A stretch of 32,000 nucleotides of DNA, taken from NCBI RefSeq assembly GCF_000011125.1, contig NC_000854.2, positions 930,001-962,000 of the forward strand, in the 5' to 3' direction. Source of the DNA: Aeropyrum pernix K1. Its GTDB lineage: Archaea > Thermoproteota > Thermoprotei_A > Sulfolobales > Acidilobaceae. The position numbers and the translations under genes were made by a program. Below are positions 1-8,144 of this stretch, piece after piece (the stretch's first letter is position 1; every line of letters begins with the position of its first letter). The notes beneath the pieces are model-generated. The model was not told the origin of the DNA. It worked only from the letters and a program-made list of their open reading frames with translations, and ran no database searches.

Positions 1-400
1 GAGCGTATATAGCCTCCTCAAGAAGATCGGGCCTGGGATGCTTGAACCCGTATAGCTTGGGATATAGCGATTGATCCCTTAGCCTATAGTCGGCGCTCAG
101 ATCCACAACCCTAACACCATTTTCGTAGGCCTCTGCAACAATACTGGCGCCAACGCCGTGAGGGAGAGCGTTAAAAACAACATCGACCTCTCCAATGTCA
201 ATCTTATCAATAGAGGTATACTTAAGGCCAGTGTAGAAGCCCCGCAGGTGAGGGTGAGCTGTGTGGACAGGCTTTCCAGCATACTCCCTGCTCGTCGCCC
301 ACTCCACCTCTACGCCGGGGTGGGAAGCAAGTATCCTGAGGAGTTCACCACCAGTCATGCCAGAGGCTCCTAGTATGCCAGCGCGAACCGCACGAGCCAT
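1..400 (-). CDS. lysY: N-acetyl-gamma-glutamyl-phosphate / [LysW]-aminoadipate 6-phosphate reductase, N-terminal part (gene continues past the left window edge)
   Basis: Absent from the ORF track because it is open at the window edge. Reverse complement from the ATG (plus 398-400) reads MARAVRAGILGASGMTGGELLRILASHPGVEVEWATSREYAGKPVHTAHPHL... This is the ILGASGxTGxELLR dinucleotide-binding N-terminus typical of ArgC/LysY. It is divergent from lysW, as in Sulfolobus-type lys clusters. Confidence 0.85.
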   Translation of the reverse strand, partial: MARAVRAGILGASGMTGGELLRILASHPGVEVEWATSREYAGKPVHTAHPHLRGFYTGLKYTSIDKIDIGEVDVVFNALPHGVGASIVAEAYENGVRVVDLSADYRLRDQSLYPKLYGFKHPRPDLLEEAIYA

Positions 401-414
401 ACATATGTACCCCA

Positions 415-433
415 GGTTTAGTGATACTAAACC
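415..433. promoter_or_regulatory. Perfect 19-bp palindrome GGTTTAGT-GAT-ACTAAACC in the lysY/lysW divergent intergenic region; candidate operator
   Basis: Read directly: 8-bp arms are exact reverse complements with a 3-bp spacer. It lies 15 bp from the lysY ATG and abuts the T-rich TATA element at 436-444. Confidence 0.5.
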
Positions 434-435
434 TC

Positions 436-444
436 TTTTTATAG
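436..444 (+). promoter_or_regulatory. TATA-box-like element (TTTTTATAG) upstream of lysW
   Basis: An AT-rich octamer-like motif in an otherwise GC-rich intergenic region, on the lysW side of the palindrome. The distance to the lysW ATG (565) implies a leader of about 90 nt. Confidence 0.45.
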
Positions 445-468
445 CATCCGCACCATGAGATACTCGAA

Positions 469-485
469 GGTTCGAAATAGGAACC
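469..485. promoter_or_regulatory. Second dyad GGTTC-GAAATAG-GAACC downstream of the TATA element
   Basis: 5-bp inverted arms with a 7-bp AT-rich spacer. It shares the GGTT...AACC outer bases with the palindrome at 415-433. Confidence 0.35.
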
Positions 486-564
486 GTATTACTCCATGGG
501 CCGGGATAGAAGGCTTAACAGGAGGGTGCTGGCAACACTGGTCTAGCCTGTGGAGGTGAAGGCC

Positions 565-735
565 ATGGCTACCGTGAAGTGCCCAGTGTGTGGTCTTGAT
601 GTTGAGGTTCCAGAGGATGTTGTTAGTGGAGAGCTGGTTGAACATGACTGCGGCGTCGTGCTGGAGATCGTGGAGAGCGGTGGAAGGCTCGCCTTAAGAG
701 TCTTCGGCGGTGTTGAGGAGGACTGGGGAGAGTGA
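565..735 (+). CDS. lysW: LysW/ArgW amino-group carrier protein
   Basis: Tiny protein with a CPVCG...HDCG zinc-ribbon and an acidic C-terminus ending EDWGE, the carrier-glutamate tail of LysW. The ATG at 565 is preceded by GGAGGTGA, and the GTG at 550 is an alternative start. Its stop overlaps the lysX start (GTGA). Confidence 0.9.
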   Translation: MATVKCPVCGLDVEVPEDVVSGELVEHDCGVVLEIVESGGRLALRVFGGVEEDWGE

Positions 736-1592
736 GCCTCACCGCGTCAATACTCTTTTTATACGATATTGCAAGGCTCGACGAGAAGATGCTTCTCGAG
801 GAGTTGCGGAAGAGAGCCAGAGTAAGGGTTATCCACACGGCAGCCAGAGCCCTGCCACTGGGAGAGCCTCCGAGGGAAGCCGAGGAAGCCGATCTGGCAG
901 TGGCCCGCGGGGTCAGCGGTAGGAGGCTCCTCTACAGCGCGCTGGCCGCCGAGAGCTGGGGGTTGGAGACGGTAAACAGCAGCCATGCAATAATGGCGTC
1001 GCAAGATAAGGTGTGGAGTCACATGCTACTGTCCAGGCGGGGAGTACCCACTCCACGCTCTTACACCATCCTAGACCCCCAAGCCGTCCCCTATGCTGCG
1101 GAGGCCATAGGGTTCCCCGCGGTATTCAAGCCTGCCCGAGGAAGCTGGGGCAAGCTTGTTTCCCTCCTTAGGGATAAAAGCGAGGCTTCACTCCTCTCCG
1201 AAGCCCTCGAGTATGTTCAGGGGGATTTGAAGCTTGGGCTAGTGCAGGAGTATGTTGACAAGCCGGGGAGGGATATCAGGTCCTTCTGCATAGGCGACAC
1301 TGTGCCAGCAGCGATTTACAGGTATGGCAGCGGCTTTGCTACAAACTTGGCCGCCGGAGGTAGAGCAGCCCCTGCCCCCGTCACAGGGGATGTGGAGGAC
1401 CTAACCCTGAGAGCTTGTGAGGCGTTGGGCGTCGAGGTAGGCGGGGTTGACATAGTAGAGTCCACCCGCGACGGTGGTCTCCTCGTTCTGGAGGTTAACC
1501 CATCCACAGAGTTCAAGAACACGGTGAGGGTGACAGGGGTCAACGTTGCAGCGCTCATAGCGGATTACGTAGTGTCTAGGGTTAGGCGCTAG
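732..1592 (+). CDS. lysX: RimK-type ATP-grasp ligase, alpha-aminoadipate/glutamate--LysW ligase
   Basis: 286 aa. The N-terminus ILFLYDIARLDEKMLLEEL resembles LysX/ArgX, and the ATP-grasp body includes FPAVFKPARGSWGK and LVLEVNPSTEF. It is translationally coupled to lysW. Confidence 0.85.
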   Translation: MSLTASILFLYDIARLDEKMLLEELRKRARVRVIHTAARALPLGEPPREAEEADLAVARGVSGRRLLYSALAAESWGLETVNSSHAIMASQDKVWSHMLLSRRGVPTPRSYTILDPQAVPYAAEAIGFPAVFKPARGSWGKLVSLLRDKSEASLLSEALEYVQGDLKLGLVQEYVDKPGRDIRSFCIGDTVPAAIYRYGSGFATNLAAGGRAAPAPVTGDVEDLTLRACEALGVEVGGVDIVESTRDGGLLVLEVNPSTEFKNTVRVTGVNVAALIADYVVSRVRR

Positions 1593-1615
1593 CTTGTCTC
1601 CACCTCTCGGGGGTT

Positions 1616-2782
1616 GTGAATGTGGTGCTCAAGTTTGTGAGGTTCTACGGCTACAGGGGCCTCAGGATAGTTAAGGGTAGCATGCAGTATGTATGGGACG
1701 ATTCGGGTAGGAAGTATCTCGACTGCCATGCTGGCCATGGAGCAGCGTTTCTTGGCCACTCCAACCCCGCTATCGTAGAGGCGGTAGTGAGGCAGGCTCG
1801 AGAGCTGGTGGCAGCGTCTTCAAGCTTCTCAACACCCAGTCTTGAAGAGGCTCTGACGGAGTTCTCACGCATAGCACCCCCATGGGCGGAGGAGATAGTG
1901 TTCCTAAACACCGGCACAGAGGCTGTCGAGGCTGCCTTGAAGGCTGCATGGCTAGCCACAGGCAAGCGGGGGATTGTCGCCCTCAAGAACTCCTTCCACG
2001 GGAGGACTCTGGCCAGCCTCAGCGTCACGTGGAATCCACGGTATAGGAGAGGGGTTCCAGTGCTTGACACGAGATTCTTAAGTCCATCAACCGACCCTGG
2101 AGAGGTTGAGAAGCTGGTGCCGGAGGATACGGCCGCTATAATCGTGGAGCCCATCCAGGGTGAGGGGGGTTTAACAAAGATCTATGCAGAGCTGGCTAAG
2201 GCCCTGAGAGAGGCTGCTGACAGGGTTGGAGCCTTACTCATATTCGACGAAATACAGACCGGTTTCGGGCGTACGGGACGGGTGTGGGCGCACGAGTCTC
2301 TAGGCGTGGAGCCTGACATCATGACGGCGGGCAAGAGCATAGCGGGGGGGCTGCCGGCCAGCGCGGTGCTATCGAGGGAGGGTGTGCTAGCGACGCTAGC
2401 CAGCGGCCGCCACGGGTCTACGCATGCAGCTAACCCCCTATCTATGGCAGCAGTTGCGGCTGCCTCTAGATTCCTGAGAGAGGAGGGGGTTCCTGATAAG
2501 GCCCGGGCAGCTGGTGCTCTGCTAGAGGGTCTCCTCAGGGATAGGATTGAAGGCTTGAGGCTTGTGAGGGGTGTTAGAGGTGAGGGTCTTATGCTTGGCG
2601 TGGAACTCAGGCTAGACCCCGGCCCCGTCCTCCGGTGTCTCCAGGAGTCCGAGCGTGTTCTAGCCCTTAGGTCGGGTGCCACTGTTGTGAGGCTCCTACC
2701 GCCCTACAGCATATCCCGTGAGGACGCGGAGATGGTGGTGTATGGTCTCGAGCGATGCATATGTGGAGGGTCTGGCTGCTAA
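1616..2782 (+). CDS. lysJ: Class-III PLP aminotransferase, [LysW]-aminoadipate semialdehyde / acetylornithine aminotransferase
   Basis: 388 aa with FDEIQTGFGRTG and TAGKSIAGG (PLP lysine region). It occupies the expected position in the lysWXJK operon. Confidence 0.85.
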   Translation: MNVVLKFVRFYGYRGLRIVKGSMQYVWDDSGRKYLDCHAGHGAAFLGHSNPAIVEAVVRQARELVAASSSFSTPSLEEALTEFSRIAPPWAEEIVFLNTGTEAVEAALKAAWLATGKRGIVALKNSFHGRTLASLSVTWNPRYRRGVPVLDTRFLSPSTDPGEVEKLVPEDTAAIIVEPIQGEGGLTKIYAELAKALREAADRVGALLIFDEIQTGFGRTGRVWAHESLGVEPDIMTAGKSIAGGLPASAVLSREGVLATLASGRHGSTHAANPLSMAAVAAASRFLREEGVPDKARAAGALLEGLLRDRIEGLRLVRGVRGEGLMLGVELRLDPGPVLRCLQESERVLALRSGATVVRLLPPYSISREDAEMVVYGLERCICGGSGC

Positions 2783-3794
2783 GCTCGCCCTAGACCTCCT
2801 CAGGGTCTACACCCCCACGGGGAGCGAGGAGAGGTTATACCCCGTGCTTGAGCGGTGGGCCTCCGAGCTGGGGCTAGGATTCTCTCTGGACTCTGCTGGA
2901 AACGCCGTGCTATCGGCTGGCCCCGACGGTCTCCCTGTTGTTGGGCTTGTCGGGCATCTCGACACTGTTCCGGGGAGGCTCGAAGCCAGACTTGAGGGAT
3001 ACACGCTCTGGGGGCGTGGAGCGGTCGACGCTAAAGGGCCTCTCGCAGCCATGATACTGGGGCTCCATCTGGCGTCTAGTGAGGGCCTCTCCTGCAGCTC
3101 GGCCGTTCTCGGGCTTGTGGGGGAGGAGGGCGACAGCCCGGGGGCCTGGAGCCTGGTCTCAAGGGGTGACACTCCCCTCCACATAATCGTGGGCGAACCC
3201 ACGGGAGGTGACGGAGTCGCCATAGGCTATAGAGGAAGTCTTACAATCGAAATAGAGTGCACAGGCCATGAGGGCCACTCCTCCAACCCCGAGAGGGGGG
3301 CGGCTGACATGCTGGTTAAAGCCCTCGCCAGCATCCTCGAGCGCGACAGCAGAGCCACAGTCACAAGGCTCAAAGCGGGAACTGCAGCCAACATAACCCC
3401 AGGCAGGGCCTTGGCCACGGTAAACATGAGGTTCAACGAGCCAGGCCTTGAGGCGTTACAGCTAGCCTCAGAGCTCTGCAGCTCTCTCCACCAGCACCGC
3501 TGCCACTGTTCCAGCATAAGCCTGCTCCACCCTGTGAAGACTAGCCTATCCAATGCGACGGCAAGAGCCCTTGTGGCAAGTCTTAGAACTGCAGGAGTGA
3601 AGCCGCGCATAGTCGTGAAACGCGGCACGAGCGATATGAACGTCCTATCCATAGCCACGGAAAGCATAGCTGCCTACGGCCCCGGCGACCCCCGGCTGAG
3701 CCACACAAAGCATGAGAATATAAGAGTGGGAGACATCGTCAAAGCGGCTATGATATACTCGAGAACCCTGACAATACTCTGCAACAGCCTCTAG
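2742..3794 (+). CDS. lysK: M20-family deacylase, [LysW]-lysine/ornithine hydrolase
   Basis: The ORF is open from 2718. The ATG at 2742 (MVSSDAYVEGL...) or the GTG at 2763 is more plausible, and all candidates overlap the lysJ 3' end. LVGHLDTVPG and GAVDAKGP are metal-binding motifs of ArgE/DapE-type peptidases. Confidence 0.8.
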   Translation: MVSSDAYVEGLAAKLALDLLRVYTPTGSEERLYPVLERWASELGLGFSLDSAGNAVLSAGPDGLPVVGLVGHLDTVPGRLEARLEGYTLWGRGAVDAKGPLAAMILGLHLASSEGLSCSSAVLGLVGEEGDSPGAWSLVSRGDTPLHIIVGEPTGGDGVAIGYRGSLTIEIECTGHEGHSSNPERGAADMLVKALASILERDSRATVTRLKAGTAANITPGRALATVNMRFNEPGLEALQLASELCSSLHQHRCHCSSISLLHPVKTSLSNATARALVASLRTAGVKPRIVVKRGTSDMNVLSIATESIAAYGPGDPRLSHTKHENIRVGDIVKAAMIYSRTLTILCNSL

Positions 3795-3840
3795 ACTCTA
3801 CGGCTATAAGGCACGCCAAAACGCCTAAACTCCCCGGCCC

Positions 3841-3848
3841 TTTATAGA
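3841..3848 (+). promoter_or_regulatory. Strong TATA-like box (TTTATAGA) with no annotated gene within about 220 bp downstream
   Basis: Read directly. It sits 47 bp after the lysK stop and 224 bp before the queC start. See the finding on the 3795-4071 gap. Confidence 0.4.
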
Positions 3849-4071
3849 AACATTATCACGGGGGGATGGAGAGCACAGACTGCCGAAGCCCCGGCACCCG
3901 GGGTTCCATGGGGAGGGTCTCAAGCACTGACGCCCCCACCCTTAATTCTACCTCACATTAGCCGGTAGAGCATGATCGAGTAGTCTCAGGTATCCGTCGG
4001 GCAGTAATCCATGTAATGAGATATTGTTTTAGGCTGTCAATCGCCGCATCCGGTCTAGAGGGTCAGGCTGG

Positions 4072-4881
4072 TTGGCGGTTTGTAGGGCAGTCTCAATAGT
4101 AAGCGGTGGTCCCGATAGCTTCACCTACACTCTCATCTGGCTCTCCCGCGGCTGCAGCGTCCATGCACTCAGCTTCAACTACGGGCAGAAGGCCTCTCGC
4201 GAGGTCCTCACGGCGAGGAAGCTTCTTGAGAAGGCTGACGAGCTGGCTAGTGAGCGGGGGTGGGGCAGGGTTCTGGAGCATAGGCTTGTGGACATAAGCT
4301 TCATGAAGAGCCTCTGGAGGGGTACGCAGCTCACGGACGAGGAGGTTGAGGTTAAGGAGGACTATGCGCCTAGTGTTGTTGTGCCTATAAGAAACGTTGT
4401 CATGCTCTCCATAGCGGCTGCATATGCATACAGCCTCCTCGAGGAGGAGGATGTGGACAGGGTTGTGGTCACGTATGGAGCCCAGAGGGGTGATATAAAG
4501 CCGAGGCCAGACACGGGGGAGCCCCTATACCCCGATTGCAGTCCAGAGTGTATAGAGGCGCTCCAGGCCGCGTTCAGGCTCTGCCACTTCCGGGGTATGA
4601 GGAGGCTCGAGGTGTGGAGCCCCTCTAGGGAGGGCCTGAGCAAGTCAGACCTCCTCAAATGGGCCTACGGCACCGTAGGCAAACTGATATACGATACGTG
4701 GAGCTGCTACTTGAACGGGAAATACCATTGTGGAAGGTGCGAGTCATGTATAAACAGGCACCGCGCCTTCAAGGATGCAGGGCTGCCAGACTGCACCAGA
4801 TACGAGAAGCCGCCCGGCCCGGAGGCCGAGTTCGAGTCTAGGGGTGACTATTATGTCCACAGGAGCTGTAGGGAGGCCTGA
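4072..4881 (+). CDS. queC: 7-cyano-7-deazaguanine (preQ0) synthase
   Basis: PP-loop motif SGGPDS near the N-terminus ([13 protein letters not shown]) and a C-terminal zinc cluster WSCY...[10 protein letters not shown], both typical of QueC. TTG start per the ORF track. Confidence 0.85.
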   Translation: MAVCRAVSIVSGGPDSFTYTLIWLSRGCSVHALSFNYGQKASREVLTARKLLEKADELASERGWGRVLEHRLVDISFMKSLWRGTQLTDEEVEVKEDYAPSVVVPIRNVVMLSIAAAYAYSLLEEEDVDRVVVTYGAQRGDIKPRPDTGEPLYPDCSPECIEALQAAFRLCHFRGMRRLEVWSPSREGLSKSDLLKWAYGTVGKLIYDTWSCYLNGKYHCGRCESCINRHRAFKDAGLPDCTRYEKPPGPEAEFESRGDYYVHRSCREA

Positions 4882-5218
4882 AACATTCCCCTGCCCTCGG
4901 GGCCTCCACATAGTGCTTGAGACCGCTGTTGATGCTGTGTGCCCCTTCACGGGGGCTCCCGACAGCTATGACGTAGAGATAGAGTACGTTAGCAGGGACG
5001 CCTGCCTGGAAGCCCTGAGTCTGGCCAGCTGGCTCGAGAGTTTCAGGGGGGTTAAGATAAGCCAGGAGCAGCTGGCCCATGAGATAGCGTTAACCCTTAA
5101 GGAGCTGCTGAAGCCTGAATACGTCTGCGTGAAGCTGACTGGGAGTCATGGGAGGGTTGGTATGGTGGTTGAAAGATGTGAGGACACGAGCCCCACAGAA
5201 GATATGGGCCCTATCTAG
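4853..5218 (+). CDS. QueF-like tunnel-fold protein (crenarchaeal archaeosine amidinotransferase type)
   Basis: The ORF is open from 4775. The ATG at 4853 (MSTGAVGR...) gives about 121 aa. [10 protein letters not shown] resembles the QueF catalytic-Cys motif CPxTGQPD, and [10 protein letters not shown] resembles the QueF motif region. It overlaps the queC 3' end by 29 nt. Confidence 0.7.
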   Translation: MSTGAVGRPETFPCPRGLHIVLETAVDAVCPFTGAPDSYDVEIEYVSRDACLEALSLASWLESFRGVKISQEQLAHEIALTLKELLKPEYVCVKLTGSHGRVGMVVERCEDTSPTEDMGPI

Positions 5219-5246
5219 TGGCGACGCGGGGGTTCCTCGTGTTCCT

Positions 5247-6176
5247 CTAGGGCGTCACCAGCCTGTCCTTGAAGATGTCGAAGGGGTGTAGGAAGGGCTT
5301 CCCCTCCAGCTCGATTCTCCTGGTTGCTGGGGGCGCGCTCATGTACCCTGGCATTATCTTTTCCAGCCTCTCCTCGAAGGATTCCCGGGTCTGGTTCCAG
5401 TATAGTATGCCCAGTGGTATTCTGTCGCCGAACTCCATGAGCTTCGCCGCTATTGCAGGGGCCTTCTTCTGGAACTCCTCCGGCGTCCTTATTATCGGGT
5501 CGTAGCCCTCCTCCTGGTCTACATAGTATATCCTCTCCTCATACCACTTGTTCGTCATTATATTGTTGTAGGTTGGGCAGGGCTGGAGTATGTCGACGAG
5601 GGCTGCTCCTCTATGTCTTACCGCGGTTTTTATTAGCTCCTTGAGCTGCTGGGTGTGGTAGGCATAGCCCCTGGCTATGAATGTATAGCCGGCGGCGAAG
5701 GCTAGAAGCACGGGGTTTATGTTGTCGTGTATGTTGGGCATAGAGAGGGCCTTCGTCTTGACCCAGGCTGGCAGCGTCGGCGCTGCCTGGCCTTTTGTGA
5801 GGCCGTAGACGGCATTGTCGAAGAGGAGCACCGTTATGTTGAGGTTCCTCCTGCCGAGGGCGACGAAGTGGCCCCCGCCTATCCCCATTAGATCGCCGTC
5901 TCCTCCAGCTACTATCACGTTTAGATGTGGGTTAGCAAGTTTTACCCCCGTAGCCACAGGTATCGCGCGGCCGTGTAGCGCGTGGAAGTTGCTGCCCTTG
6001 ACATAGTAGGTTGTTCTCCCGCTGCAGCCTATACCTCCCACTACAGCCAGGTTCTCCGGGTCTATACCTAGCTCTGAAACAGCCCTGTATATGCTGTTGA
6101 GTATGCCGAAGTCGCCGCAGCCCGGGCACCACTGAACCCAGGCCTGAGTCTTATAGTCAAGCCAGCTACGAGCCAT
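5247..6176 (-). CDS. 2-oxoacid:ferredoxin oxidoreductase, beta (TPP-binding) subunit
   Basis: 309 aa with WCPGCGDFGIL and the TPP motif VAGGDGDLMGIGGGH. Its start overlaps the alpha-subunit stop by 11 nt. Confidence 0.9.
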   Translation of the reverse strand: MARSWLDYKTQAWVQWCPGCGDFGILNSIYRAVSELGIDPENLAVVGGIGCSGRTTYYVKGSNFHALHGRAIPVATGVKLANPHLNVIVAGGDGDLMGIGGGHFVALGRRNLNITVLLFDNAVYGLTKGQAAPTLPAWVKTKALSMPNIHDNINPVLLAFAAGYTFIARGYAYHTQQLKELIKTAVRHRGAALVDILQPCPTYNNIMTNKWYEERIYYVDQEEGYDPIIRTPEEFQKKAPAIAAKLMEFGDRIPLGILYWNQTRESFEERLEKIMPGYMSAPPATRRIELEGKPFLHPFDIFKDRLVTP

Positions 6177-8094
6177 GGCTCACCACCACCCTCTCCTCAC
6201 CAGTCTCTAGTATCCTCTTCACGGCGCCCGCCACCTCGAACGAGTAGAGAGGCCTCCCATTTATCTTAACTATGCTCGAGTCGGGTTTAATGGAAGTATG
6301 TGCCCTGAGGAGCATGGCGAGCTGACCCAGGAGATTCTGCTCCACCATTATCACCTTCTCCACACCCTCAAGCATCTCCTCCACCAAGCGGCCCGGGAAC
6401 GGGTAGAGGAGGCGGACCTGGGCGAACCTGGCCCTCACACCCTCATCCCTAAGCATCTCGAGGGCCTCTAGTATAGGCTGCTTTGTCGAGCCGAAGGATA
6501 CCAAGGCTACGCTGGCCTCGGAGTCGCCGTGGAGCACAGCCTTCTCCTCATCTGGTATCCTCTCCTCGATTACCTTGAACTTCCTCTCCCTCTTGAACAT
6601 CATGATCTCCCTCATGACCGGGTCCTCAGTCGCGTAGCCGTACTCGTCGTGCTCCAGCCCGGTAATCACCATGGTGGCCGATCCTAGCCTGGCCCTCGGG
6701 CTGATGCCGTCCTCAACCACCTCATACCTCCTATAGTCCGCAGGCGGGTTGTCCAGAAGCTTCCCCCTGGTTATAGGAACCTTCGAGGGGTCCAGGTCCT
6801 CCCTCGCCAGGCTTACCATGCTGGAGGCTAGGTACTTGTCGAGCAGGTGTATAACCGGCGTCTGGAACTCTTCAGCCCAGTTGAAAGCCTTGATCGCGTC
6901 GTAGAAAGCCTCCACGTGGTCTCCCGAAGCCAGGACTATCTTCGGGGCGTCTCCATGCCCCGAGAATATACTGTGGAGGAGGTCCTGCTGCCCAGTCCTG
7001 GTAGGCATCCCCGTGCTCGGGCCGGCTCTCATCCAGAGGGTGACCACTACAGGGATCTCTGCCTCCACGGCGAGGCTAACAGCCTCGTTCATCAGGCTGA
7101 AGCCGGGGCCGCTAGTGGTGGTGGAGGCCCTTGCCCCGGCCGCCGCAGCCCCCAGGACGGCGTTTATGCTGGCCAGCTCGTCCTCCATCTGGACTATCGC
7201 TACGGCTATCTTATCGTACCCCAGCTTCTCGGCCAGGGGCCCGTCTATGCTTATGTAGCTGTGCTTCTCGACGTATAGGGCCTCGTCGGAGGAGGGTGTT
7301 ATGGGATAGTAGGTTATGACGCCTAGGCCCCCCACAATCTTGCCCATAGCAACCAGGTCGTTGCCAGTAGCCACCATCATAGTCTGCCCCCGCCTTGGGC
7401 CTGGGGGGAGCCGCGACTCCGGCTCGCCGAAGGCCTCCCTCACATAGTCAACCGCGATCCTAACCGCCTCCACGTTCATGTTAATTACCTTCTCCTTCCC
7501 AGCGAACTGCAGCGATATTGCCTTCTCAATATACTCGACAGGGACGCCGAGCATGTAGAGCATAGAAGCCAAGCCCAGGGTGTTGAGAGCTCTTGACACC
7601 CTCGCTACTGGGGCGCCAGTCCTCTCTGACAGTGTCTTAAGCATCTCCTTCAGCGGTAGACCCACTATCCTAGCTCCCGCCTCCTCCGCCAGTTTAACGG
7701 CAGACTCCACGACAGGCTGCATACCCCTCGAATCGAAGAGGCTCTTCAACCTCTTCTTAAGAGGCCCAGCCATGGGTTGTATGGCGTCGACCCTGGTGGA
7801 CTTTGTGCCAGGGTCGTACACTAGGATCCCGCCGGGCCTAACGTCTCTGAAGTGGGTGAAGACGCTCTCAGCGTCGAGAGCCAGAACCCCGTCGACAGGA
7901 AGCTTGAGGCTGCGTGGCCTATGCTGCTGGACGCGGAGATGGTAGTAGCTGTGAGCCCCCATTATGTTGCTATGGTACTCCCTAGAGCCCAGGACCTCGT
8001 AGCCCAGGAGAACCATGGATTTGATCGCTATCTGCCCGGCGCTCTCTATACCGCCGCCCTGAGGACCTCCTATTATAAGGCTAATGTCGACCAA
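6166..8094 (-). CDS. 2-oxoacid:ferredoxin oxidoreductase, alpha subunit (fused gamma+alpha domains)
   Basis: 642 aa. The N-terminal IIGGPQGGGIESAG is gamma-domain-like, and the central YYPITPSSD is the alpha-domain signature. The two-subunit architecture matches Sulfolobus/Aeropyrum OFOR. TTG start. Confidence 0.9.
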   Translation of the reverse strand: MVDISLIIGGPQGGGIESAGQIAIKSMVLLGYEVLGSREYHSNIMGAHSYYHLRVQQHRPRSLKLPVDGVLALDAESVFTHFRDVRPGGILVYDPGTKSTRVDAIQPMAGPLKKRLKSLFDSRGMQPVVESAVKLAEEAGARIVGLPLKEMLKTLSERTGAPVARVSRALNTLGLASMLYMLGVPVEYIEKAISLQFAGKEKVINMNVEAVRIAVDYVREAFGEPESRLPPGPRRGQTMMVATGNDLVAMGKIVGGLGVITYYPITPSSDEALYVEKHSYISIDGPLAEKLGYDKIAVAIVQMEDELASINAVLGAAAAGARASTTTSGPGFSLMNEAVSLAVEAEIPVVVTLWMRAGPSTGMPTRTGQQDLLHSIFSGHGDAPKIVLASGDHVEAFYDAIKAFNWAEEFQTPVIHLLDKYLASSMVSLAREDLDPSKVPITRGKLLDNPPADYRRYEVVEDGISPRARLGSATMVITGLEHDEYGYATEDPVMREIMMFKRERKFKVIEERIPDEEKAVLHGDSEASVALVSFGSTKQPILEALEMLRDEGVRARFAQVRLLYPFPGRLVEEMLEGVEKVIMVEQNLLGQLAMLLRAHTSIKPDSSIVKINGRPLYSFEVAGAVKRILETGEERVVVSHGS

Positions 8095-8131
8095 ACTACA
8101 TCACCCAGCTAGGCGTGCGACACGATACCTA

Positions 8132-8140
8132 CTTTTTAAT
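8132..8140 (-). promoter_or_regulatory. TATA-like box (ATTAAAAAG on the minus strand) upstream of the OFOR operon
   Basis: Plus-strand CTTTTTAAT, about 40 nt upstream of the alpha-subunit start codon at 8094. Confidence 0.5.
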
Positions 8141-8144
8141 TCTA

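Noticed and set aside
1651-2682. Minus-strand ORFs of 167 aa and 166 aa inside lysJ
   Set aside because: These are low-complexity Ser/Ala/Pro/Arg-rich translations antisense to a gene with clear aminotransferase motifs. They are shadow ORFs.
3860-3945. Possible tRNA or tRNA-like fold (G-run at 3860, GGTTCCATGG, C-run at 3931)
   Set aside because: I could not build a 7-bp acceptor stem, a T arm or an anticodon arm, so the resemblance is superficial.
3866-3961. 31-codon micro-ORF (MESTDCRSPGTRGSMGRVSSTDAPTLNSTSH) just downstream of the orphan TATA box
   Set aside because: It has no recognisable features, its composition is unlike the other proteins here, and the ATG may lie at or before the predicted transcription start. 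It is kept only as an alternative explanation within the gap finding.
3960-4035. C/D-box sRNA (ATGATCGA and ATGAGA as C/C' boxes, CTGA-like D boxes)
   Set aside because: The boxes deviate from RUGAUGA/CUGA and the spacings do not fit the 12-nt guide architecture on either strand.
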